From Octopus vulgaris (Eukaryota), in the NCBI GenBank assembly GCA_951406725.2, contig OX597814.1, positions 55,118,001 to 55,182,000 of the forward strand: a stretch of 64,000 bases of DNA, given 5' to 3'. The position numbers and the translations under genes are program-made. A model generated the notes under the pieces. It was not told where the DNA came from. It saw only the letters and a program-made list of their open reading frames with translations, and did no database searches. This document shows, piece after piece, positions 25,797 through 39,807 of this stretch; position 1 is the first letter of the stretch; every line of letters begins with the position of its first letter.

Positions 25797-28602
25797 CAAA
25801 GAGATTTGTTGATAAGTTACTATAGTATACTATTGCAGCAAAATATTTCCTCTTTAGACACAAGAAGATATTGTCGGTATTTTTGCTGGTGCTTTCATCG
25901 ATACTAAATTACTTTATAGCTAAAACTGCTAGACATTAAACGAAATACTCTTCTATTATAAGTCAAAACTGTGTTCAACTGTGTTAGCAATGCTATCAAA
26001 TCACTTATTAAGGTTACTTCCAAAGACTACCCATTTTTTATCTTCGACCTCATTGTTGTTTACATTAGGCGTACTCGGGTACGAAACGTCGTAACAAATC
26101 AGTGCTGGCTATAATTTCTTCTATCATAATTCCATTCATATATAAGATGTAAAGATGTACTTAGTGTCTAGTCTGTCGCCTGCTGTTCTTCACATCGGTC
26201 CATTCCCATCCGCTATGTCTGTCTCTGGGCTCCAAAGGCTTTCATTGGATGGTTCCTGCAGCAAGAAAATTTTTATGAAGACACTTTACCAGGACATCGC
26301 TTAACCCTCCAATTTTTTACCAATGTCTGAAATCAGTTGGTACTGTGATGGAGAAAAATTTGACTTTGGCGGGGCTTGAACTCAGAAGGTAAAGCTCTGT
26401 AACTAAATACTGCATGTCTGACTTCTAAATATAATCACTCGGATATCTGTTTCCCCCAATCAGGCATTTCCTAACACCATATTTAAAAGTATATGTAACA
26501 TGAATACTGGAATGGGCAATAACATTGGCACCAGTTTGAAGGAAACAAGTTAATGGTGGCATATGCATATCCTGAATATTTTAATTCCTGATATAATTTC
26601 ATTCTTTCGTACTTCTATTGCGTTATGTTATTAAAAAGTTTAAAATATACTATTTTGAAAGCATTCCAATTGTGTTGTCACTACATCCTGCTTTTTACTT
26701 CCTCAATTAAGAATATTGTCCTGTATTTTAGAAATGTATTTTACAAAGATCGCGCTTGTAATGTAATAGACAGAAATAGAAATAGAAAACACTAAATACT
26801 GACATTTATCTGAGTTCCATGTTAACAATTACAGTTGTTGTTTTATATATGAACGTTTTATTTAATTATTCACTTGAAATAAACCATTGTTATTCTGGTC
26901 GTGCTGGAATACTGCCATTGTATGTGCATATAACTGTTAGGATCTATATGATATTTAAAGCTGTATGTGAGTCTATGTCTGTGCAAATATAAATGAATTA
27001 TTTTTACCACTTCTGAAGGAGAAATGAATTAAGTTATAATGTTAACAGACCATTTATGTTTTTATGTCGTTGCAGCAGTGTTACATAAATTAACAATTAT
27101 GTCAAGTGAGATATAAATGCAGCCTAATAGTGAAACTACTTTTGTTCTTTAAACTTAATTGAGCAAACCTGCTAAAATCTTACCACAACTGATCGCTGTC
27201 TTGTTTTCAGCAAGTGTTTGTATAAGGGCCCTTGTTTTCGGCACGTCAAACTAATTGCTTCTTTAATGAGTACCAGACTATAATAAAAGAAGTATTATAT
27301 TGATATAATGTTTAAAAATAGTAATTAAATTAACTGGATTTCATCGATTATAATCTCTACGAAACTTAAACGCAAAATTGATCTGGGGTATCTCAACTAG
27401 GGTAGTTGCCTTGGTCACCACATTTTAGGTGACATCACGTCTTGTATTTACCTAAAACTGTGGGGAAGAGATAGAGTGGGAGAGAGAGGGAAGAAAGGGG
27501 AAAAGGGGGTTCTTTTGTAAACTAAGACTTATAAACACACATTACACAACCGTCCGTGACACAAGATATATTAAATTATTTGGTAATTTTATCAATCGAA
27601 AATTATATTATAAAAAAGATAAATGTACTAAGTACTGTACTGTGATTTTTTTTACATGTTCGCTAAATTATAAGGTGGCAATCTACGTTTGCAGGTGATT
27701 CCATCTTACATTCAGGGTTTATAACAATCACTGCCAAAAATATACTGTAGATACGGTTCTAGTTTTATCAGTGAAAGGTCTTGAAATCTGATACTGTTTT
27801 TATTTGATACTGTTCTCTTTTTCTTGTATATTGTATGCATGAGGTGATTCAAATGATGGGCAAAATGCTTTGCCATATTTAGGTGCATCTCTATGTTCTG
27901 AGATCAAATTTTGTTGAGGTCAGTTTTGCTTTCATTTCTTTAGGTTTCTAAAAAGCATAAGTGATATATTGAAGTCATTTTAGTTCAATTGACCCCCTCA
28001 CTAAAAGAGTTTTAACCTATATGCGAATTTAGTTTGAATGTCACTGTTGGTGGAGTCGAGATGATGTTGAATTACTGGCAGAAGTGGTTGCTGGTTCGTG
28101 TCTTATGAGTAGCACAGCGATATGTCAACCTTGTAGTTTTGTTTTTTTTTTTCTCCTTGTGAAAAGTTTTCAAAAGTTATACTTGTAAGAACACTGTATT
28201 TTAGTTTGTCCAGGACGGCAGCAAACCTAAGACCGGTCTTCTACTCACTACACTTATAAGGTGTTTAGTGTATCTCATTTAACATGTTAACATGGTATAG
28301 TAAAGAATCTCAGTCCACTTGTGTCGAACGCATGGGACAAATTATTAATGACGTAACAAGAACATTTTCTTTGGAAAATGTTTCAATAGCCTTCGAACGT
28401 TTTAGAAATAATCTTATCTTTTATTTGTTTCAGTCATTGAACTTCGGCCATGCTTAGGCACCGCCTAGCAGTGTTTAGTCGAACAAGTCGAGCCCAATAT
28501 TCATTCTTTCGGTCCCTTTGCCGCTTAGTAATGGTGACAAGCACAAGCGCACGCGCGAGCGCGCGCACACACACACACATGCATATATATATATATATAT
28601 AA

Positions 28603-29011
28603 GTGTGACTGTGTATTAAGAACCTTGCTTACCGACCACATGATTCCGGGTCCTGTCCCACTGCGTGACACTGGGAAAGTGTCTTCTACCATAGCCTCGG
28701 GCCGAACAAAGCCTTGTGAGTGCATTTGGTAGACGGAAACTGAAGGAAACCCGTCGTATATGTATATGTGTGTGTCTATGTGTGTATGTTTTTGTGACTG
28801 TGTTACTCCCTCCTCATCACCGCTTGACAACTGGTGTTGGTGTGTTTACGTCCACGTAACTTAGCGGTTCGGCAAAAGTGATGGATCGAGTATGTACTAG
28901 GCTTTAAAAAAATAAGTTCTGTGGTCGATCTGTTCAGCTAAAACCCCTCTAGGCGGTGCTCCAGCATGGCCGCAGTCTGAAGACTGAAACAAGTAAAAGA
29001 ATAAAAGAATA
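28603..29011 (+). mobile_element. SINE family B (tRNA head, CORE-like block, internal microsatellite)
   Basis: cttgcttaccgaccacatgattccggg...ggaaagtgtcttctac...ggcggtgctccagcatggccgcag...gactgaaacaagtaaaagaataaaagaat. Confidence 0.88.
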
Positions 29012-29074
29012 TACATAAATATATCTGTGTGTGTATAAATGTATATGTATGTATATATATATATATTGTTTTTT

Positions 29075-29290
29075 TTTTGTTTTTCCAGTTTCAGCTCTTG
29101 AGCTGTGGCCATGCTGGGGCACCGCCATTGTGGTGAAAGAGTACAGCAGGGATCACCACCCCCTGCCGGAGCCTCGTAGAGCTTTTAGGTGTTTTCGCTC
29201 AATAAACACACACAACGCCCGGTCTGAGAATCGAAACCGCGATCCTGCGACCGCGAGTCCGCTGCCCTAACCACTAGGCCATTGCGCCTC
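29075..29290 (-). mobile_element. Chimeric SINE: family-D tRNA head joined to a family-B-like tail
   Basis: 29129-29290 is the reverse complement of the head of 39808-40118; 29075-29126 matches the family-B 3' tail. Confidence 0.8.
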
Positions 29291-29297
29291 TCTATCT

Positions 29298-29356
<59 letters not shown>

Positions 29357-29365
29357 CACACACAC

Positions 29366-29449
<84 letters not shown>

Positions 29450-29496
29450 ATGTACAAGGCTATGTATTAACGATCATGGAGGTATGTATGTGAGTG

Positions 29497-29750
29497 TTAT
29501 GTGTGGTGGGTAAGCTTACATTTGGATTCGTGGAAGAATTTGTATTTACACGTTGTGAACGCTTCGTTATATTTGTTAAGCAATTGTGGTGAGTTATGGG
29601 TTAAAATTTTGAGGGCTTTTTTCAAGCAGAATCCACAAGTGGAGCGCTGGGCCTGATATTGGATGCCAGAATCTATTATAGCCCAGGACATCCTATATTG
29701 TATTTTTCTATCAATTAGATGGTGTACGTGTCTTTCGATGGTGTACTTTC
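29497..29750 (-). pseudogene. Penelope-like (Naiad-type) GIY-YIG endonuclease C-terminal fragment
   Basis: TIERHVHHLIDRKIQYRMSWAIIDSGIQYQAQRSTCGFCLKKALKI...LLNKYNEAFTTCKYK matches the W.I...Y...C..C....I...LLN..E....C pattern of Naiad PLEs. Confidence 0.75.
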
Positions 29751-29756
29751 GAGAGT

Positions 29757-30185
29757 ATAATCAAAGGCATATCCATCGGAACATCCGATCTATCTGCCAC
29801 CGAGGAAATCTTTAATAACTACGCCACTTACTACAACGAAGCCCTAGCTACTGTAGTTTCTCCCAAAAGATTTAGCTGTATAACCAACGCTACACTTAAA
29901 GAACACCTCTCTAAACTTAACCCTAAACGAGCTCGCCCACATATTGGATGCCCAAACCCTCCCACTAGAGTTAGACAATGTCACCCACCTACCACTCGTA
30001 CGCATAACACTCGATCTAAGAATACTAATACCAAACCCTCTAACTCTCCTCTAACATGCACTAGGAATTACACAACCCCAAATTTGCCTAATGAAAGCGG
30101 CGGGAGAACTATTCTCTGGTACACACCTCCATTCGCTTTAAACGTTAAGGGCCTTGCTTTAAAGCATTCTTTAAAACCGACTGAC
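29757..30185 (+). pseudogene. Penelope-like (Naiad-type) RT thumb/linker fragment
   Basis: IKGISIGTSDLSATEEIFNNYATYYNEALA and TILWYTPPFALNVK (compare IIWFNPPYS.NV). Confidence 0.7.
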
Positions 30186-30231
30186 TTTTCCAACTTTATT
30201 TACTTTTTTTAAACCTATATCTAATATCTAT

Positions 30232-30292
<61 letters not shown>

Positions 30293-30392
30293 ATATATAT
30301 AGTATATATATGTATTATATATATCTATCTATCTATCTATCTATCTATGCATATATCCATAAACAATATATATATATATATTATACAAGGGT

Positions 30393-30429
<37 letters not shown>

Positions 30430-30742
30430 GAAACTCTGACTATAAAACCACGTTAAGTGTTCGTATGCACCATGAGATAAGACAGAGGACAAAATATCAA
30501 AAATTATTGAATAATTCAAGATCCAGGATTTCTGGTTTGCTTTAAATAATTACGTCATCGGTTGAATATATCAAGAGTACATAAATACAGATATATATAG
30601 CAGAACAAACAATATACTTACATATACGAACGTCCATACATAAATACATATGCACGTATGCACGGCCAGTTAAATACCGCCGAATCATCCTAATCGATAC
30701 GGTTAAATAAACACCGCAGTGAATATAATAACGAATTATATA

Positions 30743-30817
<75 letters not shown>

Positions 30818-32137
30818 GAGTAAGTTCTACTGCCAAAGCTTATTGAATAAACCCAATAAGGTTGTTTCAATTTGAAACTTGTCGGATGTGAGCAAAATAG
30901 TTAAATATGAATTAAAAACATTATGAGTAAGTAAATAATGTTAATAGTGTGATTTAGATTGTGTTTCAGACTAAACCGAATTAAAGCATACAACTCGTTC
31001 TAAGTCAATAGACGTTGATCTGTATCATTGCCGCCGACTAAGGATTCGATAGAGTCCTCTCTGGATAAAAGCGTGAATCCTTATATAGCTTCAAGTAGCG
31101 AGAAATGACCAGCTTGATGTAAATCTTAGCCCTTATATTGCCTGTAGTTTCAAATCAACAGCAAACATTGTTTTGCATGTAGGAAGAACACTATGTTCTA
31201 CAACTCCTAGTTAACATAATTCTTGGGATAAAAATCATAATTTCAGGAAACGTTAACTGTACAAGACATTCTAGTTAATATAGGTTTGTCTCTGGCTTCT
31301 TTAAGTCTGCAGCAAACTGATTAAGCCGTTGATGTGGTTTCGTGAGGCTAGTGAAAAAATACACTTTTTCTTATATAATTCTTCAGATTTAGCAAATAAA
31401 GAAAAGCAGTAAAGGCACATTGCATGAATGTCTTTGAAGCTGAACAAAGTTTTCTATATATAAGAAAATTGTCTAACCTCGTAAAATTTCGGTACACGGT
31501 CAGCTTCTAAACAATTTCCGTGAAAAAAACACATTCACTATTAGTCATTTACCCACAACGACACATAGAAAGGTCGAACCTGAAACTACGTAATTGTAGA
31601 GCAAGCTGTTTAGTTACACTACTATGCCTACCCTCGGTTTCATATTAATAGTAGTAGAAAAAAATTCCTTGGATTCAATTGTACATTTATCTTATCATTA
31701 GTTTCAAACCTCAAATTTAATAGTGAATTACATTATTTCACAAATTTTTTTATGGTGTCAGTTTATGGGATGGGATTGACTTAGTTTGAACAACACTGGC
31801 GTTCCATCAACAAGTTATGTTTCTCTCATTTATTTTTCTCAAGTTTTCTTCCCGTATCCTTTACCCGTTGCTTTTCTCTTCCTGCCAACTTTCTCCTACC
31901 TCTGTGTAATTTGTCAATGCATAATAAACACTGTGCATAAATAGACATATCTATAACATAAAAGGGCGGTAGCTTTTGCATGCAAACACCCGCTCACACA
32001 CAAACACCCGTTATCACATACACACACACATACACACAGTTATGTATATAGACACAAATGCAGATATAATGCATACATATATGTGTGTGTGTGCAAACAT
32101 ATACCTACACATAGAATACATATATATATATAAATAC

Positions 32138-32190
<53 letters not shown>

Positions 32191-33108
32191 ATTACATATG
32201 GGTGTATGAGTGTGTCTTCGCATAAATCGCTTTTAGATATTTTAAAATTTTACAGCCTCCTCAGTCGAGCACTCTAAGGTTATTTACTAATTGCATAATA
32301 CTACATTTTCATTTTCTCCTACTGTTCGTCCTATTTGTTACATATTGATCTGCCTTGGCCTAGTGTATCATATATATACAACGTTATCAGTAGATTAACG
32401 TCCCGTCTCATTTACTTCAAATAGATCTTATATGTTGATGATTAGGGTCATTCTCATGAAAATTAAACCAAAACAGGTTTTCAAAACTTTTAGAATGCTC
32501 AGAAAAATCTCTATTTATCTGTAAAGCTATGTTTAAAGGATTAATTTTCGATTTGATATCGATATGGGACAATTTTTTCCAGATCTACTGTTTGGAATAT
32601 ATAGAAAATATTTGTCATGAAAATGTTACATCCATTTTTATCACACACGTCACACTAGGTAAATGGGAATTGAGACTACAAACATTATCGTCTATGGAAC
32701 TTGTCAGCATTTTTTGAAATGTCAAGGTCAATGTAAATAAATACAACGAGGCTTTATATGCTGCTCTGGAGAAATTCAGAGGAATTAGCACTTAATATTT
32801 TCAGGTAAAATAAGTTATATTGTAAGATGTCATGTACATCATACGTTTTGGATCCTCTTCGAAAAAAATCAACATACATTCCACGTGAGAAAATGTCTTG
32901 GTTAATACTTTCCTGGGTAGTCAAACTTTACAATGAAAAATTAATAATTACGATTTACAACTTAGATAGTTATGTCTCAGTCTGTAACGTACGTTATCCA
33001 TTACTTGTAGATCACTCCCGTTTAGACCAATTAAAATGTTAAATATGAATATGTCTATTTTTCATGTATACACACACACACGCATATATGTATAAATATA
33101 TACATGTG

Positions 33109-33168
<60 letters not shown>

Positions 33169-33809
33169 ACGTGTTTTTTCATGTCTCTGTGACTTATGGA
33201 AGGAAAGAAGGAGAAGTAACCATCCATCGACCATCTACTTGGCCTGCATTAGTATGAACTCTACTAAAGGCACCCAAGAACTAGGGGATGTTGCGGAACC
33301 GCCTGACAGATTAAGTCTACCACCCAAGAACAAGAACGTTCTCCCACATAATTTCTACCAAACAAATTTCATCGCAGGAATTTTGTGCGTGTATGCTTTC
33401 AACAGAATATACTAAAATTATACCCAACTCTTTCATAAAGGATTCCATAACATATCACAGCGGTAGATGGAGTCACAATTCATCAGTTTCGTGCTGGTTT
33501 GTAATAGGAACTTAACTGACGGCTCTAAGAAATGTTTTTCTGTTATTTTTATATTAAATATACAGGTGTTGGTTTCGTTAATAATCCATCTGTCAGATAG
33601 GTTCAATTAGTTAACCTTTAATGCTCAGAGGTGACTATCAAACAAAAATTAACAGCCCTAATGACTTGTAGATGGGACAAGAGAATACAACTCCTACTCT
33701 GGTTTGCAATAGCCGTATCTATAGTAACGATTTAGCTCAACAGGAGAAGCCAACGAAGCATTCGTGCTGTTCCTGCTTACAACAGTGAACTCTGATGCAT
33801 TTTTATCTT

Positions 33810-34005
33810 ATCTCTTATACTTGTTTTCAGTCTTTGAACTGCAGCCGTACTAGCACACCGCCTGAAGGGTTTGTTTAGTACTTGTTTTCAAGTTTGGTAC
33901 TGATTATATTGGTCCCTTTTGTTAAACCACTAAGTTACAGGGGCATAAACAAAGCAACAACGGTTAGCAAGCAATAGTGGGAACAAACACAGCACAAAGG
34001 CACAC
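33810..34005 (-). mobile_element. SINE family B, degraded 3' part
   Basis: tacttgttttcagtc...caccgcctgaagggt...ccactaagttacaggggcataaac. Confidence 0.65.
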
Positions 34006-34010
34006 ATGTA

Positions 34011-34062
<52 letters not shown>

Positions 34063-34064
<2 letters not shown>

Positions 34065-34367
34065 TGTTTTTTCTATCGAAAATGTTTTTTTACGCAATCG
34101 CTTGGAATTGCTCAGGTCGAACCCGAGACATTAGACATTATATAACTTGGTATGAGAAGGGACAAAAATTTAGATAATCATTTATGATTTACATCAACAT
34201 AATAAATACATAAATACATATAACATAAAATTACTTCAAGACAAAGATGATTATCTAATTTTTTGTCTCTTCTTATACCCTGTTATATAATGTCTAACGT
34301 CTCGGGTTCGACCTGAGCACTTTGAAGCAATTGTGTAAAAAAAATCTTTTTCAAAAGAAAAAAAAAG
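34063..34367. repeat. Inverted repeat (~120-bp arms) directly upstream of a PLE ORF; third partial copy at 35375-35420
   Basis: gctcaggtcgaacccgagacattagacattatataac vs gttatataatgtctaacgtctcgggttcgacctgagc. Confidence 0.85.
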
Positions 34368-34439
34368 AAAATTTTTATTCCCTTGTCTCTTTTGAGCACT
34401 TCTTACAGATTGCGAAGATATGAGGAAATAAGTTTTGGG

Positions 34440-35355
34440 TATATTTACAAAAAATATCCCAATACCTATTTCTTTACTACCCACAAGGGGCTAAACACAG
34501 AGTGGACAAACAAGGACAGACAAACGGATTAAATCGACCCCAGTGCGTAACTTGTACTTAATTTATCGACCCCGAAAGGGATGAAAGGCAAAGTCGACCT
34601 CGGCGGAATTTGAACTCAGAACATAACGGAGGACGAAATACCGCAAAGCATTTCGCCCGGCGTGCTAACGCTTCTGCCAGCTCGCCGCCTTTAAAATATC
34701 CCAATACCATCGAGGGATAAATACATGGAAACTCATTTACATAAGGCAGCGGAATTCCTCAACAGACTTAGATGGCGTGCTTTCTTTTATGATAATAAAT
34801 CAAAACGAACCGTGGAAAAAGATAATTACAACTTGAAGTCTTATAAAAACTCTCCGTTTAAGCCGGCTCTCATGAACTTTGAGATGGACCTAATGAATCT
34901 CATTAAAAAATTTGAAAATTTCAAAACATACTAACTCCTTTCAGAGGGAAAAGTTTCCTATCAGAAAAAATTACAAAAATAAAATCATCACCGGATCTAC
35001 GCGTACTCTCGGATAAAACTGGAAACATCTATTCTGTGCCAATAGACACCTTATAATAAATTAATACTTAAGGAAATGAACACCAACTATAAACACGCCA
35101 AACAATCTACTCTGGATTATATTAATGATATATATTACAACCTGATATCAAATTTAAACTTACTAGACGGAACACAACCATATACTCCTAGAATTCCCCA
35201 CTGCAATTTAAATGATGATAAACTTGTCTTTCAACTGAAACCATCGATTAGACTCAGTGTCCAACAAAATCGAATCTGGGAAAAATTAGCAAATGCATAC
35301 TGGATAGAATTATACCTCAAATCAGAAACAAAGTTAACCTCTCTCTATGGAACTC
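34440..35355 (+). pseudogene. Penelope-like (Naiad-type) retroelement, N-terminal/RT-start fragment interrupted by a SINE
   Basis: KNIPIPSRDKYMETHLHKAAEFLNRLRWRAFFY, SDKTGNIY, KPSIRL, CPTKSNLGKISKCILDRI; several frameshifts. Confidence 0.8.
34467..34692 (-). mobile_element. Young SINE family A inserted in the PLE ORF
   Basis: Near-consensus copy with a 16-bp TSD aaaatatcccaatacc at 34451-34466 and 34693-34708. Confidence 0.92.
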
Positions 35356-37046
35356 GACTTTTTACTGATATATTCCTGTCTAACGTTTCAGGTTCGACAT
35401 GAACACTTTCATCTCAGAACATAGAGATGCACCTAAATATTGTAAAGCATTTTGTTCATCATTTCAATCGCCTTGTGCATACAATAATACTGTTTAACAT
35501 GGACACATGGGAACAAATTTGTGGGGGTGGATAGTCGATTTTATCATCCCTCACAGTAAGATTTTCCTTTTCCTTGATGGCAAGTCAACTATGGAGAATT
35601 CTTGAGTCTCCCTTCCATCGTATGATTTTGGTCTCAGTTTCCATTTAGTAATTGAAGACAATTTTAATTGAGATAATTTTAATAAGTCATGAATCTTTTG
35701 TTGTATGCTATTTGATATACCTGTGTTTGTCTATGTTGTTCGAATAAATACCGCTGGCCAATTCGAGTTATTTCTTTTTGCTCATTTTGTTTATGTAAGT
35801 TACATAGGCCACAAATTTGTTCTATTCTTTTTTCTTTTTTTTTTGTATATGTCTAAGTTCCTTGACTTCTGGAGACAAGGCACAGCAATTGGCTGATGAC
35901 GCCTATTGAGTCAGAAACACGTATCTTCAACTGTCCTCTTATTTTCAGACAATAAAGCCGTTCTTTCCCTCATTTGAGTGTCGACTTTGGAGAACATTGA
36001 TTCTTGACGTTATCTCCCCTTTCCGTATGGAGCTGACCTCACTTTGTGACATCCTCTAGCACCGTATATGTTTTTAATAAATCAACAATTTATGTTCTAT
36101 GGGGCATTTGATGTGTTATTGGCCGCTGTGATTTATTTCACTTCATTCATTTTCGTTTAATTATACTTACATACATTTGTGTGTGTATTTGTGTGCGTAT
36201 TTGTGTGTGTGTGAGTGTACGCGCGCGAGTGTATGTGCAGCTACCTACACATTCATGAGGTTTTGCTGTGCATTTGAACTCCGGTAAGTATTTGGTTAGA
36301 TAGTGTAAATATAACACCGAAAGCCTTGTTTAATAGTAGTAGTGTGTGTAACGTACTATCATTCGAACACAGCCCTTATTTTATACGGTCAACTACAAAA
36401 CACTCAAATATTATTTACTATCATCCAAATAGGTTCAAAGCAAGTTATGGTCTTAAATACTAGACACAAATATATGTCATACGTTTGACAGATGTCATTA
36501 AATAAAAGAGAAGAAAGCAAACCGTAATTATGATAGTAGAAAAATAGGTGTCATTAGTTTTTTGCAGCCAACATGTTTCAGTCATGGCCTCAGTATATTT
36601 CATTATATTTTTATTATATTCATTTTATTTATATATTTATATATTTAGTGAGGGGTTGTGAGACATTGGATTATATCGAACTGAATGTTTTAATGGTACT
36701 TATGTTATCCATAAGAGAAGAATAAATGGGTAAAGTCAATGGTGATAGGGAAAACAAACAGCACAACGACCACAATAACAACAACCACCACCACCACCAC
36801 CACCGGCAAAAATGATTTTTCATAAGTTTTTGAGAGAAGTGAAAGCATGACTACATTTTTGTAAAATCATACGTTGTGCAGGGTAAAATAAAATATGTCC
36901 ATAGTTCTCTTGGTTGAAGTAATGTGTGTGTGTGCGTGCGCGCGCGCATGCGTATACGTACATGTGGGTTGGGCGGAATGAGAGCAAACAATAAAAAGAA
37001 TCGTAACAGAACAAACGATAAAACAAAACTAATCTTTATGCATTCC

Positions 37047-37165
37047 AACAGACAGAGAGATAGACAGATGGAAAGATATCTAGACAGAATGACAGACAGA
37101 CACAGACAGAGAGATAGACAGATGGAAAGATATCTAGACAGAAAGACAAACAGACAGACACAGAG

Positions 37166-37218
<53 letters not shown>
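37047..37218. repeat. ~56-bp GACA/GATA-derived tandem duplication followed by (GATA)n
   Basis: acagacagagagatagacagatggaaagatatctagacagaa occurs twice. Confidence 0.85.
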
Positions 37219-37219
<1 letters not shown>

Positions 37220-37621
37220 ACATGCATAAGAAATAATAATGGGCTTATTGTATACTATATTAGTTGTTGTAGTTGTTGTTTAGGCCCAGAGCAGCCCTAG
37301 TTAGCAGACCTACAACAAAAGGCGTTCCAGTCATGACTATCCAGTATTTTTGTATATCAATAACACATAGTCAAATGTACCCTGCCTGCAACAGAATTCG
37401 AACTCAGAGCGTAAATAGACTTACTTAAATACGGCACGGCATTAGGACCACCACAGCCTAACAGAGTCTAGAACCCAGCACTCTTTCGTTTAATGACTCA
37501 TACTTATTTGTGACGTAAGCACAAGGCCACAGATTTGGGACGGCTGGGAACAGTCAATTTAAATGAATCAGTGATATTGTACAAATTTAACTCTCTCTTT
37601 CTCCACACACCCACACACACC

Positions 37622-37714
<93 letters not shown>

Positions 37715-37719
37715 TTTAT

Positions 37720-37937
37720 TTTATCTTTTATTTGTTTTCAATCACTGGACTGCATCCATGATGGAGCCCGCCCTGAAGGTTTAGTAGAACAAATCGACTC
37801 CAATAATAATGTTTTTAAAATCTGACATTATTTGTCTCTTTTACCGAATTACCAAATCGCTGAGAGTTAAACAAAGTAACAACGTTTGTCAAGCGTTGGT
37901 GGGAACAAACACAAATGCAAAAACACACAAACACACA

Positions 37938-37993
<56 letters not shown>

Positions 37994-38150
37994 TGTATGT
38001 GTGCGTGTGTGTACGATAGGCATCCACAGTTTCCGTTTTTCGACCCGGGGCTATAGTAGTAGACACATGCTCAAGGTATTGCGCAGTGATATGAATCTGC
38101 AACCTAGTGGCTCCAAAACGAATTCGTACCTACATAGCCATGCCTGCGCC
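37720..38150 (-). mobile_element. SINE family B, degraded, with internal (TG)n
   Basis: Collinear with 60352-60745. Confidence 0.75.
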
Positions 38151-38731
38151 CATATATATACAATTCATACAGGACCTGGCTATCCACACTGGACAAGATC
38201 TTTATCAACCATGGACGGGTGCTAAATTTTCCTAGTAGACCAGTATCTGGTTGTACACGGCTGATGTAAACTCTAGGTGTGAGTATGTGTGTGTGTGTTT
38301 CCCCCTTTTTATTGTGGTTTGCTACAGTAATCTTCTGTCACACTCCTTACTGATTATGTCAAAGTTACTGAGAATTGAATATTGAATAGCAAAAAACTTT
38401 TCATCTTGCTTTCAGGATGCGAGACTATAACCCCTTCCAATAAATCCTTTCAGTCTGCATCATGCTCTAAGGGTCATCTTGACCCTGAAGGTTTTGCAGG
38501 AGCTGTTTGAGACTTAAATTCTTCATTTAAAAATTATATCTTCAAGAAATTTGTACGCGGTTTCAGATGCCATGGAAGATAGAAAATAATATATTCTTCC
38601 ATTGTTTCACATTTAAATTTGCATATATTGTTATAAAATCATGTTTACTTAAAATACTCCACCCGTATTAGTAAGAATACAAACAAATAGTATATCAGAA
38701 AGCTGTCATAATGAAAACACCTCACTATATA

Positions 38732-38938
38732 CGAGAGGGTGCTGAAGAGTTCCTGGCTTTAAGGGTGTCGCGAAAGGCTTGGCTGGAGGTCCAACTTTCC
38801 GACTTCTTTTACAGGTTTTAGAAAAACTGAAGGACCGCTGTAATATGTGTTTGAATCTAAGAGGGGAATATGTTGAATAAAATAAATAACTAATCCTCCT
38901 GTATTTTCTCTTACCCAGTGTCAAAAACTTTTTAGCAA

Positions 38939-38945
<7 letters not shown>
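38732..38945 (+). mobile_element. Mariner-derived MITE
   Basis: TIRs cgagagggtgctgaagagtt / aactttttagcaacccctcg; retains the transposase end LEKLKDRCNMCLNLRGEYVE*. Confidence 0.8.
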
Positions 38946-38987
<42 letters not shown>

Positions 38988-39010
38988 CATGTATTTTTTA
39001 TCTTTTATAT

Positions 39011-39395
39011 CTTTTATCTTTTACTTGTTTCAATCATTTGACTTTGGCCATGCTGGGGCACTGCTTTGAAGAATATTTTAATCGAATGAATCGGACCCAA
39101 TACTTCTTTTTTGAGCCTGTTACTTATTCTATGGGAATCTTTAACCGAACTACTAAGTTATGGAGACATAAACACACCAACACCGGTTGTCAGGCGGTAG
39201 CAGGGGGCACATACAGACACAAAGACACACATAGATAGAGAGATATATACCCCGGGCTTCTTTCAGTTTCTGTTTACCAAATCCACTCACAAGGCTTTGG
39301 TCGGCCCGAGACTATAGAAGATGATGTTTGCCTATGGTACCGCGCAGTGGGACTGAACGTGGAACCATGTAACTGAGAAGTAAGCTTCTTAACAC
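39011..39395 (-). mobile_element. SINE family B
   Basis: Collinear reverse complement of 46492-46938. Confidence 0.88.
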
Positions 39396-39399
39396 TCAT

Positions 39400-39444
<45 letters not shown>

Positions 39445-39807
39445 ATGTATATACACATATATGTGTGTGTGCGAGCATGTTTGTAATATGAGAGATGAAT
39501 ATGTGTGTGTGAATGTGTGTGTGTGTGTGCGTGTGTGTGTGTATGCATGTGTGTGTGTGTGTGTGTGTGTGTGAGTTTGTGTATGTGTGTGAGAGAGAGA
39601 AAGAGATTAAAGAAAGACTTCTTAAGGCAAAATAAGAGTTTGGTGTGACATACTGATAACGCTTCTGCAATTCACCCTAACACTCCTACTCTCCTATTGT
39701 ACCGTTAACAATTTTCTTTATCTCTTCTCTTTTCTTGGCTCATCTCTATTTTACCTCATGGAGTTCCTACAGCAGAGATTTCTTTTTCTTTGTCCATGTA
39801 TTATTGT

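Noticed and set aside
26160-26270. Possible minus-strand exon after ttttcttgctgcag
   Set aside because: Stops occur in all three frames; DIADGNGPM*RTAGDRLD looks more like a decayed RTE C-terminus.
29497-29691. Selenocysteine recoding, reported for some Naiad PLEs
   Set aside because: The visible Cys positions use normal Cys codons, and no SECIS could be identified by eye.
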